64,000 nucleotides of DNA from Rebecca billardiae RCC1528 (lineage: Eukaryota > Protista > Haptophyta). Positions within the stretch are counted from its first letter, which is position 1. Each line of letters opens with the position of its first letter. The stretch spans positions 1,116,001-1,180,000 of the forward strand of contig OZ251235.1 in assembly GCA_965240325.2 (NCBI GenBank), written 5' to 3'. The notes below the pieces were generated by a model, which saw nothing but the letters and a program-made list of their open reading frames with translations, had not been told where the DNA came from and did not search any database. Positions 46,901 through 57,112 of this stretch are shown here, piece by piece. Both the position numbers and the translations under genes were made by a program.

Positions 46901-48487
46901 GTTGGTGTGCAGCTCGTCCGCGCGGCGCGCCGACGCGGCCGACGGCGCCGCGCCCGCGCCGCTCGCCGAGCCGAGCGCGGCGATGCGCGCGCGCTCGGCC
47001 GGATGCCATGCGGCGAGCGCGGCCTCGAGCTGCGCGACGCCCGAGTCGGCGTCGTGGCCGACCACGGCGCACAGCGCGCGCGCGAGCCGCGCGACCACGC
47101 CGTCGCCCTGCTCGGCCGCGCCGCCGCGCGGCCGCTCAAGCTCGCTTTCGAGCGCGCTCACGCGCGGGCCGCGCCTCTGCTCCCACCAGCGCCGCGCGCG
47201 CGCCTCAGCCATCCACGCGGCGACGGCCCGGCCGGAGCGGCGCGAGGACGCGGCGACGGCCGCGACGGCCGACTCGTGACCTCCGTATCCCGTGTGCGCG
47301 CCGCCGAGCAGCTCCGGCAGCTGCGCGAGCGCGGGCGCCGCCTCGCGCCTGTGCGCCGCGAGCGCGGCGGCGACCGCGGCGGCGTCGTCGCGGCCGAGGT
47401 GCTCGGGCGCGGCGGCGCGGAGCTCGTCCGCGGAGGCGCGGCAGAGGGCGGTGGCGGTGCCGAACGCCTCGCGCAGCGCGCGCTGCCCGCGCACGCCTAG
47501 CCCCAGCCCGTCAAGCACTGACGTGAACTCTGCGTGGTGACGAAGCGCGCGGTGGTGCAGCAGCGCGGTCGCGTGCGCCTCGTCGCGCAGGCGGCGCATC
47601 GTGAGGAGCGCGGGCGAGTCGAGGGGCAGCGCGAGCGGCTCGGCGCGGCCGGGGACGAACAGGAGCTCCTCCTGCTTCGCGAGCGCGGCGAGCGAGACCT
47701 CGGGCCCGCCGAGCGCCTCGAGCGCGCGCTGCGCCGCGCCGAGCTGCGGCCGCCCGCCGTCGACGAGAAGCAACGAGGGGGCCTCTGCGCGCGCCGCGGC
47801 GCCGAGCCGGGCGAGGAGGGCCTCGTGGATGGCGGCGGGGTCGTTGGCCGGGCCGGCGTGCTCGATCTCGACGCAGCCGTACGCCGAGAGCGCGGGCGCG
47901 CCGTGCGCGAGCACCGAGAACGCCCCGACCGTGTGTCGGCCGTGCAAGTGGGAGATGTCTACGCACTCGACGCGCGCGAGCGACGCGCGGCCGCGCGCGC
48001 AGCCGAGGGCCGAGGCGAGCGTGTCGAGGCCGCCCGCGGCGTGCGCGGCGCGCGAGAGCCCCTCGCTCAGCGCGGCGAGGTGCTCGACGCACGCGCCCGA
48101 AGCGTCCGCCGCCGCGAGCGCGTGCAGAGCGTCGCGCGCCGCGCGCTCGTCGCCCGCACTGAGCGCGTGCGCGAGCGCGTCCGCGAGCGCCATTCGGCTA
48201 GGCGCAGCTCGGAGCTCGCCGCGCTCGCTCTCCTGCAGCGCAAGCCCGAGCACCACGCTGGCCAGCCGCACGTCCGATGCGACGGGCTGGCCAAACCACG
48301 CGCACAGCGCAAGCTCCTCCGCCGCGCGCGTGACGCCGCGCCAGTGCCGGCAGACCTCGTGCGCGCGCACGGGCGGCGGCGGCGAGGAGGCCCACGTGGC
48401 GAGGCCGCGCGCACGCGAGGCCGGCGCCGCGTGCCGCGTGGCGAGCGCGAGCGCCGCCAGCACCATGGGCGACAGGGCGGAGGACAT
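43919..48487 (-). CDS. UvrC(RNase H+HhH)-UvrB-HRDC fusion protein with an N-terminal targeting-like peptide
   Basis: UvrC: RVECVDISHLHG, NDPAAI, LLLVDGGRPQL, LAKQEE, LRDEAH, HhH. UvrB: PSGDQPEAI, GATGTGKT, APNKVLAAQLY, DYYRPE, GIENYSRHL, DESH, SATPG, NLLREGLDLP, SLVQIIGRAAR. HRDC: ELYDAVRAFR...GIGPKRLERYG. One uninterrupted 1522-aa ORF. Confidence 0.92.
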   Translation of the reverse strand: MSSALSPMVLAALALATRHAAPASRARGLATWASSPPPPVRAHEVCRHWRGVTRAAEELALCAWFGQPVASDVRLASVVLGLALQESERGELRAAPSRMALADALAHALSAGDERAARDALHALAAADASGACVEHLAALSEGLSRAAHAAGGLDTLASALGCARGRASLARVECVDISHLHGRHTVGAFSVLAHGAPALSAYGCVEIEHAGPANDPAAIHEALLARLGAAARAEAPSLLLVDGGRPQLGAAQRALEALGGPEVSLAALAKQEELLFVPGRAEPLALPLDSPALLTMRRLRDEAHATALLHHRALRHHAEFTSVLDGLGLGVRGQRALREAFGTATALCRASADELRAAAPEHLGRDDAAAVAAALAAHRREAAPALAQLPELLGGAHTGYGGHESAVAAVAASSRRSGRAVAAWMAEARARRWWEQRRGPRVSALESELERPRGGAAEQGDGVVARLARALCAVVGHDADSGVAQLEAALAAWHPAERARIAALGSASGAGAAPSAASARRADELHTNETDIDDIDDVLEEDEEGGAHAAEALFGPLAHPDDPSARARAAAAAATQPLSALTSRRGFKLRSAYSPSGDQPEAIGALLRELRAGAPRVSMKGATGTGKTYVMANVIAGLGRPTLVLAPNKVLAAQLYAELRAFFPENAVTYFVSNFDYYRPESFSAVSDTYREKLSRVNENVDALRHEATCALFERRDTIVVATVSCIFGLGVPERYLERAVLLARGQRWGSPDELLERLHALEYEQHASPTGRLSRAQFRVLRPARDGCGSERAAAADGLGAGGGGTGAAPAGGAERAVIEVAPAFSSERTQHLLRVELVRTARAWRVDAIRASGGGGGGGGGGSGGGGGGGGAPGSAVARRAGGGGGAREGDGGRQADAEDGGATAPATLPEAVLYPASHHVSARDDDLPRVLAEIESELEARVAQLAAEGRFAQAERLLFRVREDLAALRAGKRVRGIENYSRHLDARRGPGEPPRTLLDYMPADDWLLLVDESHLTVAQLGAMFEGDRRRKASLIEHGFRLPSAADNRPLTADEFWARVPQAVLVSATPGAEVRMCERAAPPDAAAEPADEGAAQPSPSSAPPLPPPLPIAAELRIRPTGIPDPTVSVVDSAAEGGCEDHLLAQLSARQARGERALVTTLTKRSAEALTRFLRAHGVRAEWLHADVPSGERLVVLERLRAGDADAVVGCNLLREGLDLPHVSLVAVVDAEKSGFLRSATSLVQIIGRAARHVNGHAIFYSAGGVRSAAMEQAMAETAARRAAQLRYNAQHGVTPRQAAGAAGAASERDELLQILRTTGSPPRAPPGGALDGAERELYDAVRAFRDAAARREARRPFAVLCERTMQRIATAAPRSIEALGAVRGIGPKRLERYGDDLVRLVRAHADAVRARDAARAAEARVDAGGALGLGLGAGEAGAALEGDDDDALLDADELGALIATELAGTARSRADASARVAITGLAAELSALERSGQGQGARAASAAELGSRPGAADAGRAEP

Positions 48488-48766
48488 CCTAGCTCGCCGG
48501 GTCGTGGACCGCGCGCGCGCGGTCTCACCGGAGTGCGTCTTGCGCCCTGCGCCCGCCCGTGCGCGCGCGCAGGCTGTGCGTCCGGTTGCGCCGGACTTTG
48601 CCCTTTTGGGCTCCCGGACCGATATCTGGGTCGATTACGGTGGTCCGGGAGCTGCTCAGCATTTGAAGCAGCCTTGCCTCCGCGGGGGGCGCAACTCCGC
48701 TGTGCGGCGTCCCTCTCCGCTTCCTCCGCGCGTGCACGCGCCCTCCGCCAAGGCGCGCGCGCGCCG

Positions 48767-51700
48767 ATGTGGGCCGAGCCGAGCCTGGTGTGGTTCTCGC
48801 TGGAGCACTGCGTGTCCAAGGTGGACGACGATGACGCCGAGCCGCTCCGCGCCGCGCTGTACACGCCGATGGAGCTCGTGCTGCACGACGAGCAGACGGG
48901 CGTGTACCACCTGCGCTCGGACGAGCACAAGGAGTTCCGCGTGCGCGAGGCGCCGACGGCGAGCGCCGACGCGCTGCGCGGGGTGGACGACCTGCTCTTC
49001 CTCTCCGACTTCTCCGAGCCCTCGCTGCTGCACACCCTCCGCGTGCGCTACGGCCGCGACGAGGTGTACACGTTTGTCGGCTCGATCCTGATGTCGATCA
49101 ACCCGTACCGCTGGATCGACGGGCTGTACTCGACGGCGACGATGATGCGGTACCTCGAGGCGCCGCTCGGCTCGCAGGCGCCCCACCTCTACGCCATCGC
49201 CGACGCGGCGTACCGCGCCGCCATCGCCTCGGCCGCGCCGGGCGCCGCGGGCGGCGCGCCGCCGCGCCCATGCAACCAAGCCATCATCATCTCGGGCGAG
49301 TCCGGCGCGGGCAAGACGGAGGCGACGAAGATCATCCTACAGTACCTCGCGCAGGTGACCTCGCTCGACCGCACCGCGCTCGAGGCCGCCACCTCGCCCG
49401 CGCGCCTCGCGTGCACCGTCGCGTCGGGCGGCTCGCCCGCGGTCGCGCCTGGCCCGCCGTCGCCGCTCGCGACTGTAGCCCCGGGCGAAGGCGCGGACGG
49501 CGGCGCGGGCGCCGAGCCGCTGAGCCCGCCGTGCCTCGTGTTCACCGGCGCGTCGGGGCTGGGCTGGCTCGAGCAGCGCGTGCTCGACGCCAACCCGCTG
49601 CTCGAGGCGCTCGGCAACGCGCGCACGCTGCGCAACCACAATTCGTCGCGCTTTGGCAAATGGATCCAGCTCGAGCTGAACGGCGCCGGCAGGATCTGCG
49701 GCGCGCAGATCACCAACTACCTGCTGGAGAAGACGCGCGTGGCGCGGCAGGCGGCGGGCGAGGCGAACTACCACGTGTTCTACCAGCTGCTCAACGGCGC
49801 CGCCGCGGGCGACGACGCCGCCGCCGCCGCGCTCGAGCTCGGGCGTGACGGGCCGCCGGCAGATAGTCGCTTCTTTGGCTATCTGCAACACGGCGACGGC
49901 GCGCACATGGCGACGCGCACGCCGATGGCGACGGCGGCGCAGCTCGCGGTGACGCGGCGCTGCCTGAGCTCGCTCGGGTTCTCGGCCGAGGACGAGGCGA
50001 CGCTCTTCCGCCTGCTCGCCGCCGTGCTCCACCTCGGCGACGTCACCTTTGAGGCGCTGGAGAACGAGGGCGATGGCTGCCAGGTGTGCGGCGCGGGCGG
50101 CGCCGCGCGGCGCGCGCTCGCGGCCGCCGCCGCCGCGCTGCGCGTCGAGCAGGGCGAGGTGGAGACGGCGCTGCTCTCGTCGGCGCGCGTGGTGGGCGGC
50201 GAGACGATCGAGCGGCGCGCCAGCGTCGCGCAGGCCGAGGACCGCCGCGACGCGCTCGCCAAGGCGCTGTACGCCCAGCTGTTTGTCCTCGTGCTGCAGC
50301 GCCTGAATGCAGGCGTGGCCGCGGCAGCGTCAGAGCAGCAGCAGCAGGCGCAGCAGCAGCAGCAGGCGGCGCAGCAGCAGGCGGCGGCGGGCGGCGCGGC
50401 GGAGGGCGCGCGCACCAAGGAGATCAAGGAGAACGCGTACAACGCGGCGAACGGCGTGCACGCCGCCGCGCCCACCACGGGCGCGCGCGGCGGCGCCGCG
50501 CCCGCCGCGCCCGCCGCGCCCGCCGCGCCCGCCGCGCCCGGAGGCGCGGCGCGCGCGCCCGGCTGGATCGGTATCCTCGACATCTACGGCTTCGAGTGCA
50601 TGCCGACGAACTCGTTCGAGCAGCTGCTGATCAACTACGCGAACGAGACGCTGCAGCGCAACTTCAACACGCACATCTTCGAGGCGGAGCAGTCCGAGTA
50701 TGAGCGCGAGCGCATTCAGTGGTCGCACATCCGGTGGGCGGATAACTCTGCGTGCGTCGCGCTGATCGACGGGCGGCCCAAGGACGTGCCCGGCGTGCTC
50801 GCGACGTTCGAGGACGGGTGGAGCGCGAGCTCGGCCGCGTCCGCCGCCGCGGGCGGCGGCGCGGGCGGGAGCACCGCCGCGCGCGTCGTCGCCGCCGCCG
50901 CCGCGCGCGCCGCCGCCGCCGCCGAAGCCACGGCCGAGGGCGGCGCCGCCGCCGGCGCCGCCGCCGGCTGCGCCGCCGACCGCAAGCTGCTGGCTCAGCT
51001 GCATGCGCAGTTCGGCCGCGGCGCGCACGCGCACTACGTGCTGCCCAAGTACGACGCGGACTCGACCTTCGTGCTCAAGCACTACGCCGGCGAGGTGCGC
51101 GCCGCGCCGCTCGCGCCGCTCGCGCCGCCGCGCCGTCACGCGCCGCGGCGGCGACGCCGCCCGGGCGCTGCGTTGGTGCGGGTGTTGGCTTTTGACGCGC
51201 GCGCCCGCCCGCCCGCCCGCCTGCCCGCGCGCTCGCCCGCCGCCGCGGGCGCAGGTGACGTACACGGTGGACGGCTTCAGCGCGCGGAACAACGAGAACC
51301 TCTCGGAGGAGCTGCGCGCGCTGATGCGCGCCTCCGCGTGCGCGGTGGTCCGCGGGCTGTTCGGTGGCGGCGCCGCCGACGGCGCGGACGCGCCGGTGCT
51401 GTCGCGCAAGCCCTCGGGGCGGCGCTCCTCTCGGCTGCGCGAGCAGTCGGTGGGCGCGCAGTTCAAGGAGCAGCTCGCGGCGCTGAGCAAGCTGATCGAC
51501 GCGTCGTCCACCCACTTCGTCCGCTGCCTGTGCGCTAACGCCCAGCGCGCGCCCCACGCCTTCGACGCGGGCGCGTGCGCCACTCAGCTGCAGTACGCCG
51601 GTATGCTGGAGACAGTGCGCATCCGCGCGGCAGGGTACCCGCTGCGGCTGTATAAGGACGTGTTCGCGAAGCGGTACGCGCTGCTCGGGCGCACGCTGGG

Positions 51701-54700
51701 CGCGCGCGGCGGCGCGGCCGGGCCGGCCGCGGCGCAGCACCAAGCGCACGCGCACAAGAGGGGCAAGCCCGCACGGCCCAAGCACCGAGGCGGCGGCGGT
51801 GGCGGCGGCGGCGGCGCGCGGCCGGGCGGCGGTGCGGCCGCGGCGGGCGCGGCCGACGCCGCAGACGCGCTCGTGGCGACGCTGCGCTCCGCGCTGCACC
51901 TCGACGAGCTCGACGTGCAGGCGGGGCTGACGAAGGTGTTTCTGCGCCACCGCGCGGCGCGCGCGCTCGAGAAGCTCGCCGCCCTGCGCTCGCGCGCCGC
52001 CGCCTCCCAGCTGCAGCGCGCGCGGCGCGCGCAGCTCGCCGCGCGCGAGGCCGCGGCCGCGGCCGCGCGGCTGCAGGCTGCGGCGCGCGGCGTGGCGGCG
52101 CGCCGCGCGCTCTGCGCCGCGCGTTGCGCGGCGCGGCTGCTGCAGGCACGCGCGCGCGGCGTGGGCGCGCGCGCGCGCGCCGCAGCCGCGCGCGAGCTCC
52201 GCGCGCGCCACGCCGGCGCCGCTCTTTCGATACAGCGCTGCGCGCGCGGCGCGGCCGCGCGCCGCGCCGCGGCCGCGCGCCGCGCCGAGCGCGCCGAGGC
52301 GGCGGCGGCGGACGTGGCGCTGCCAATGTCGCCGGTGATCGTGGCGGGCGGCGGCGGGCCGCGCGCGGGGTTGCCGGCCGAGACGGCCGCCGCCCCGCCG
52401 CCGGGCGGCAGCGCGCCCGCCTCGCCCTCCAAGACGGTCGCGCGCCTCCGGCCCGGCCGAGCGCTCACGTTGCCGGAGCGCTCGACGGTGCTGGACGCCG
52501 CGCGCGCGATGGCCGCGCGGCGCTGCGACGCGGCGCTGCTCGTCTCGTCGACGGGCGCCCTGCTCGGGATCCTCACCGACACGGACGTGAGCCGGCGCGT
52601 CGCCGCCGCCTCCGTCGACGCGGCCTCCGTGCGCGCGTGCGACGTGATGACGCGCGGCCCCAAAACCGTTACGCCCGAGCACGCCGCAACCGACGCGCTG
52701 GCCACGATGATCGAGCACCAGTTTCGGCACCTGCCCGTCGTCGAGGCGGGTGGCGGCGTGTCGGGCGTGCTCGACCTGACGCGCTGCCTGTACGACGCGA
52801 TCTCGAAGCTCGAGAAGGCGCAGGACTCGAGCGGCGCACTCTCCACCGTCGCCGCCGACCTGCGCGCGCGCGCCGCGGCTTCGGGAAAGGTCTCGGCCGC
52901 CGCGCTCGAGGCGCTCATCGCTCGCGCGGCCAAGCCGTTCACGCCCACGCTCGCGCACGTGCTGGGCAAGGCGGGGGGCGGCGGCGCGGCGGGGTGCGCG
53001 GTGCGCGCGAACGCGAACGTGACCGAGGCCGCGCGCCTCATGTCCGGCCGCCGCCGCGCCGTCGTCGTCCTCGACGAGGAGAAGGTTCTCGGCATCCTGA
53101 CGTCCAAGGACGTGCTCACGCGCGTGGTGGCGGCCGGGCTCTCGGCGGATACGACCAACGTGACGAGCGCGATGACGCCGTCGCCCGACTGCGCGTCGGC
53201 GGGCTCGACGATCCTCGAGGCGCTGCACCTGATGCACGACCACCGCTACCAACACATGCCCGTGCTCGGCGCGCGCGGCGAGCTGCTCGGCGTCGTCGAC
53301 GCGCTGCAGCTTGCGTACCACGCGCTCGGCGGCGCGCAGGGCGAGGCCTTCTGGGCGTGTGCGCTCGAGGACGAGCCAACCGGCGTGGGCGGTGGTGGTG
53401 GCGGAGGCGGCGGTGGGGCGGGGAGCAGCCACGCCGGCGGGAGCGGCGGCGCCGGTGGCTCGGCGGCGGGCGCCAGCTACGTGAGCACCGCCGCCGAGCC
53501 CGCGCCGCCGCCGCAGCTCACTCCTCTCTGCCCCGCCGTGCCGGACGACGACGTGGACTCGGCGCGCACCGTCGCGCGGCTGCGGCCGAGCAAGGCGCTC
53601 ACGCTGCCCGAGGGCTCGAGCGTGCTCGACGCGGCGCGCGCGATGGCGGCGCGCCGCTGCGACGCCGCGCTCCTTGTCTCCCCCGACGGCGCCCTCCTCG
53701 GCATCCTCACGGACACAGACGTGAGTCGGCGCGTCGCGGCAGCGTCGATTGCCGCGGCGGGCGCGCGCGCGGCCGACATGATGACGCGCGAGCCCAAGAC
53801 CGTGACGCCCGAGCACTCGGCGATGGGCGCGCTGCGGCTGATGGTGCGGCACCACTTCCGCCACCTCCCCGTGCTCGACGCCGCCGGCGCCGTCTCGGGC
53901 GTCCTCGACCTCACCCGCTGCCTCTACGACGCGATCACGAAGCTCGAGCGCGGCTTGGACTCCGGTGCGGCGCTCGGCGCGGTCGTCGGCGACCTGCGCG
54001 CGAGCGCGGCCGGCTCGGCGGCCGACGCGGCGCTCGAAGGGCTGCTGGCGCAGGCGAGGCAGATGTTCTCGCCCACGCTCGCGCAGGTGCTCCGCGCCGC
54101 CGCAGACCCGATCGCCGCCGTCAGCGTCAGGCCGAACGCGAACGTGACGGAGGCTGCGCGCCTCATGTCCGGCCGCCGGCGCGCAGTCGCTGTCCTTTCT
54201 GACGAGGACAAGGTGCTCGGCATCCTGACGTCGAAGGACGTGCTGACGCGCGTGGTGGCGGCCGGGCTCTCGTCGGACACGACCAACGTGACGAGCGCGA
54301 TGACCCCCTCGCCCGACTGCGCCTCCGCCGACGCCACCATCCTCGAGGCGCTGCACCTGATGCACGACCATCGCTACCAACACATGCCGGTGCTGGGCGC
54401 GCGCGGGCGGCTGCTCGGCGTCGTCGACGCGCTGCAGCTGGCGTACCACGTGCTGGGCGACGGCTCGGCGGCGGGCGGCGGCGGGGACGCGTTCTGGCAG
54501 GCCTCGCTCGCGATCGGCGCCGAGGGCGCGCCGCGCGCGCGCTCCGACGGCACGAGCGGCACCGCACTCGACACGGAGGGCGCGGGCTCGCACATAGCGC
54601 ACACCGCCGCCGAGCACGCCGCGCCGAGCGTCGACGGCGCCGCGTCGTGGCAGATGCACTCCGCCGTGGCCGACGGCGTGGACGGCGAGACGGAGGTGGG

Positions 54701-55550
54701 CGACGACGCGGTGCCCAGGTCCCGCCAGCCCAGCATCGCGCCCAACGACTCGGTCTCCGGCGTGGGCGCGCGCCGGCGCATCGGCGCCGAGTCGATGGAC
54801 TCTCCACGCTCGCCGATGACGCGCGCCGCTTCCGAGAAGTTTCTCTTCAAGGTCGAGTTCAAGGGGGAGAAGCACCGCGTGATCCTCACGCAGTTCTCGC
54901 TGCGCGCGCTCGTCGGCGCGTCGGAGGAGGCGCTCAAGCTCACGCCCGCCGAGAGCGAGCGGCTGCGGTGCGCGCGCGCGCCGCGCGCCGCGCGCGAGCG
55001 CGCGGCGGCCACGCGCCGCGCCGCCGGACGGCCGCCCGCGCCGCGGCCACGGTTGCGCGCGCGCGCCTCACGCGCCCGCGCCATCGCGGCGCGACCGCTT
55101 GCTCGGCCGCAGGTTCAGCTACACCGACACGGACGGCGACACCGTCGCGCTCTCCACCGACGGCGGCGTGCAGGACGCGGTCGAGCTCGCGCGCGCGGCT
55201 GGCTGGTGCGCGCGCGCGCGCGCTCGCGCACGAGCCCCGGCCTCCGACCCGCCCACCCGCGCGCGGCTGACGCGCACTCACGACGCGGGAGCGCACCCCG
55301 CGCGCCGCGCCGTCTCGCCACCGCCTCGCGCCTCAGGAGCCACATCGCCGTGTGGGCCACGCTCACGCCGAACGGCAGCTGGATGCCCAACATCGAGCTG
55401 ACGAACGAGGCGCCCTCCAGCGCCGTCGTCCTCAACCACGACGCGAACGCGGTCGCCAAGGCCGCGCAGACCAAGGTGCTGGGCGGGATGGGCGCCGTCA
55501 TGGCACTCGCCGTTGTCGGCTCGTTCGCACTGCGGCTCTTCGAGAGATGA
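48767..55550 (+). CDS. Myosin with IQ motifs, 8 CBS domains, PB1 and a C-terminal TM (class XXIX-like architecture)
   Basis: GESGAGKT, NHNSSRFGK, LDIYGFE, NSFEQLLINYANE, GLTKVFLR; IQ-like LQAAARG, IQRCARG; two 4xCBS blocks; PB1 FLFKVEF...YTDTDGD; TM at end. Introns at 51095-51254, 54968-55112, 55206-55336. Confidence 0.9.
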
Positions 55551-56039
55551 AGGACGGCGTGCACCTCTGAGCTGCGCGTCACGTGATAGCATCATCTATG
55601 ATGATATCATCATCTATGATGATGATCATCATGTATCAGCAATCATCACTTCTGAGATTCTTCTGTGACTTCATGAGTTCATCCGCCAGCACGACTACTC
55701 TGCGCGCGTCAATCAGTCTGATGACAATCAGCATCATATTCATATCTGCATCATATCGTCACTCGCGTATCCGTAGGCGCATGTCATCATAATCTGATGA
55801 TGACACTGCGCGATGATGGGTCATCATGCTGATCGATGGCAGCATGCGCACGGCGCACGGGCCGTCGCCCGTACCGCCGCGCCCGCGGCCCGTACTTAGG
55901 TTGAGACACTGCTGCGCTATCTAGTTGTTGAAGCTCGGGGCCAGTCGGGCCGCGGCCGGCGCGGGGGTCTCGGCGCACCGCGCAGGCCCCATCAATCAGC
56001 CATACAAGCCATCAGGCCGACAGGCGCGCATGGTAAATT

Positions 56040-56100
56040 ATGGCGCACGGCCCCCCCGAAAGGCCTGAGCGTGAGCGAAAGCCGGGGGGGGCGGCGCACG
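56040..56100. repeat. ~60-bp structured dispersed repeat (second copy 63116-63176)
   Basis: GGCGCACG-GCCCCCCCGAAAGGCCTGAGCGTGAGCGAAAGCCGGGGGGGGC-GGCGCACG; near-identical at 63116-63176. Confidence 0.85.
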
Positions 56101-56382
56101 TGCTCCGCAAAATCAAAAAAGAGGATGCGCGCAGGATTTGGGGGATTTTTGTAGGTGGATTTAGGTGTGAAATCCGCATTTGGCTCGATATCGCTGCTCA
56201 TGATTGCGTTTGTACTGCTCCTTAATCCTTGGATAGTAAGTAATAGAAGAAATCGAACTCGAATAGGACAAAGGCGTCCGCATCTTTCTTATAATCATGG
56301 TGGGCCGTTCGTGATTCTCCTGCTGATATACACTTTTGGTTTGCTGATTCCAATTCAAAGAGTAAAGTATCGTCTCCTATTA

Positions 56383-57036
56383 TCCTTCTCCTCTGAAGAG
56401 AACCACACTTCAAAAACAACGTTTTGACAGTATCAACGTATTATGGCACGACGTTCGTCATCGCGGCTCGTTTGTCTATTGGTACCCGCGAAATGAACCC
56501 TGCCAGATCTTCGCCTAATCAAAAACGCCTAGGCACGCGATATGATGTCATGAACCGTCGCCGTTCTCAGTGGCGGGTATCATCAGGTTAAGCCCCTTGT
56601 TAAGCCCCTTGATAACCCTTGATTCATACACGAGTAATACACGGGAACATAGATTAGTAGCATCCCTCTCCTCTGAAGAGAACCGCACTTCAAAAACAGC
56701 GATTCAAGCAGGTTGTTAGACTGAAGAAGAAGCGTGGGTGCTCCCTACCGCGCGTGTGGGCGATAGGTCCACCGGAAGCGACCAGGCGGGCTAAGGACCG
56801 GCCCCGAAGGGGCAGGCGGACGGGGTCACATGACGGATGATGGGTCAGCCCCGGAGGCCGGAGGCTTGAGTACCCGGCTCGGGGCTTGGGGCTGCCGAGA
56901 TAGTAGTGAGATCGTGCCTCCGCCGGTGGCGTGCGGGTAGATGCGGAAACTTACCCGCGACTCCTGTGGAACGGTGTCTTCGAGGACTGGTGCCCAGTCT
57001 GACACAGGTTATTTGGTTAAGCCCCTTGATTTATAC
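56383..57036. repeat. AT-rich transposon relic with internal direct repeats
   Basis: TCTCCTCTGAAGAGAACC(A/G)CACTTCAAAAACA at ~56386-56418 and ~56667-56698; GGTTAAGCCCCTTG at ~56586-56611 and ~57015. Confidence 0.55.
56714..57004. mobile_element. Solo LTR, 291 bp
   Basis: TGTTAGACTG...CAGTCTGACA termini (TG...CA, 10-bp inverted ends with 1 mismatch) flanked by 5-bp TSD CAGGT (56709-56713, 57005-57009). Confidence 0.8.
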
Positions 57037-57112
57037 GTACATGATTCTTTGAAGCGAAACGCCATTTTTGAGCTGCCGCACTTAAGGGACAGAGTGCTCG
57101 AAAAATACCCAG

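Noticed and set aside
43919-48487. Bacterial contamination as the source of uvrB/uvrC
   Set aside because: Host-like GC and codon style, Gly/Ala low-complexity inserts, a leader peptide, and contiguity with an intron-containing myosin gene; read-level confirmation is still advisable.
51075-54875. Very long antisense or overlapping ORFs (also 35397-37565, 12059-14689, 44606-46312 and others)
   Set aside because: Shadow ORFs caused by stop-codon scarcity at very high GC; no recognisable motifs.
56386-56420. CTGAAGA-GAA...TTC-AAAAAC as a hammerhead ribozyme
   Set aside because: Lacks the conserved GAAA core after stem II, and no convincing stems I/III.
56714-57004. Structured ncRNA (RNase P/MRP, U3, SRP)
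   Set aside because: No conserved boxes found; TG...CA ends with a 5-bp TSD explain it as a solo LTR.
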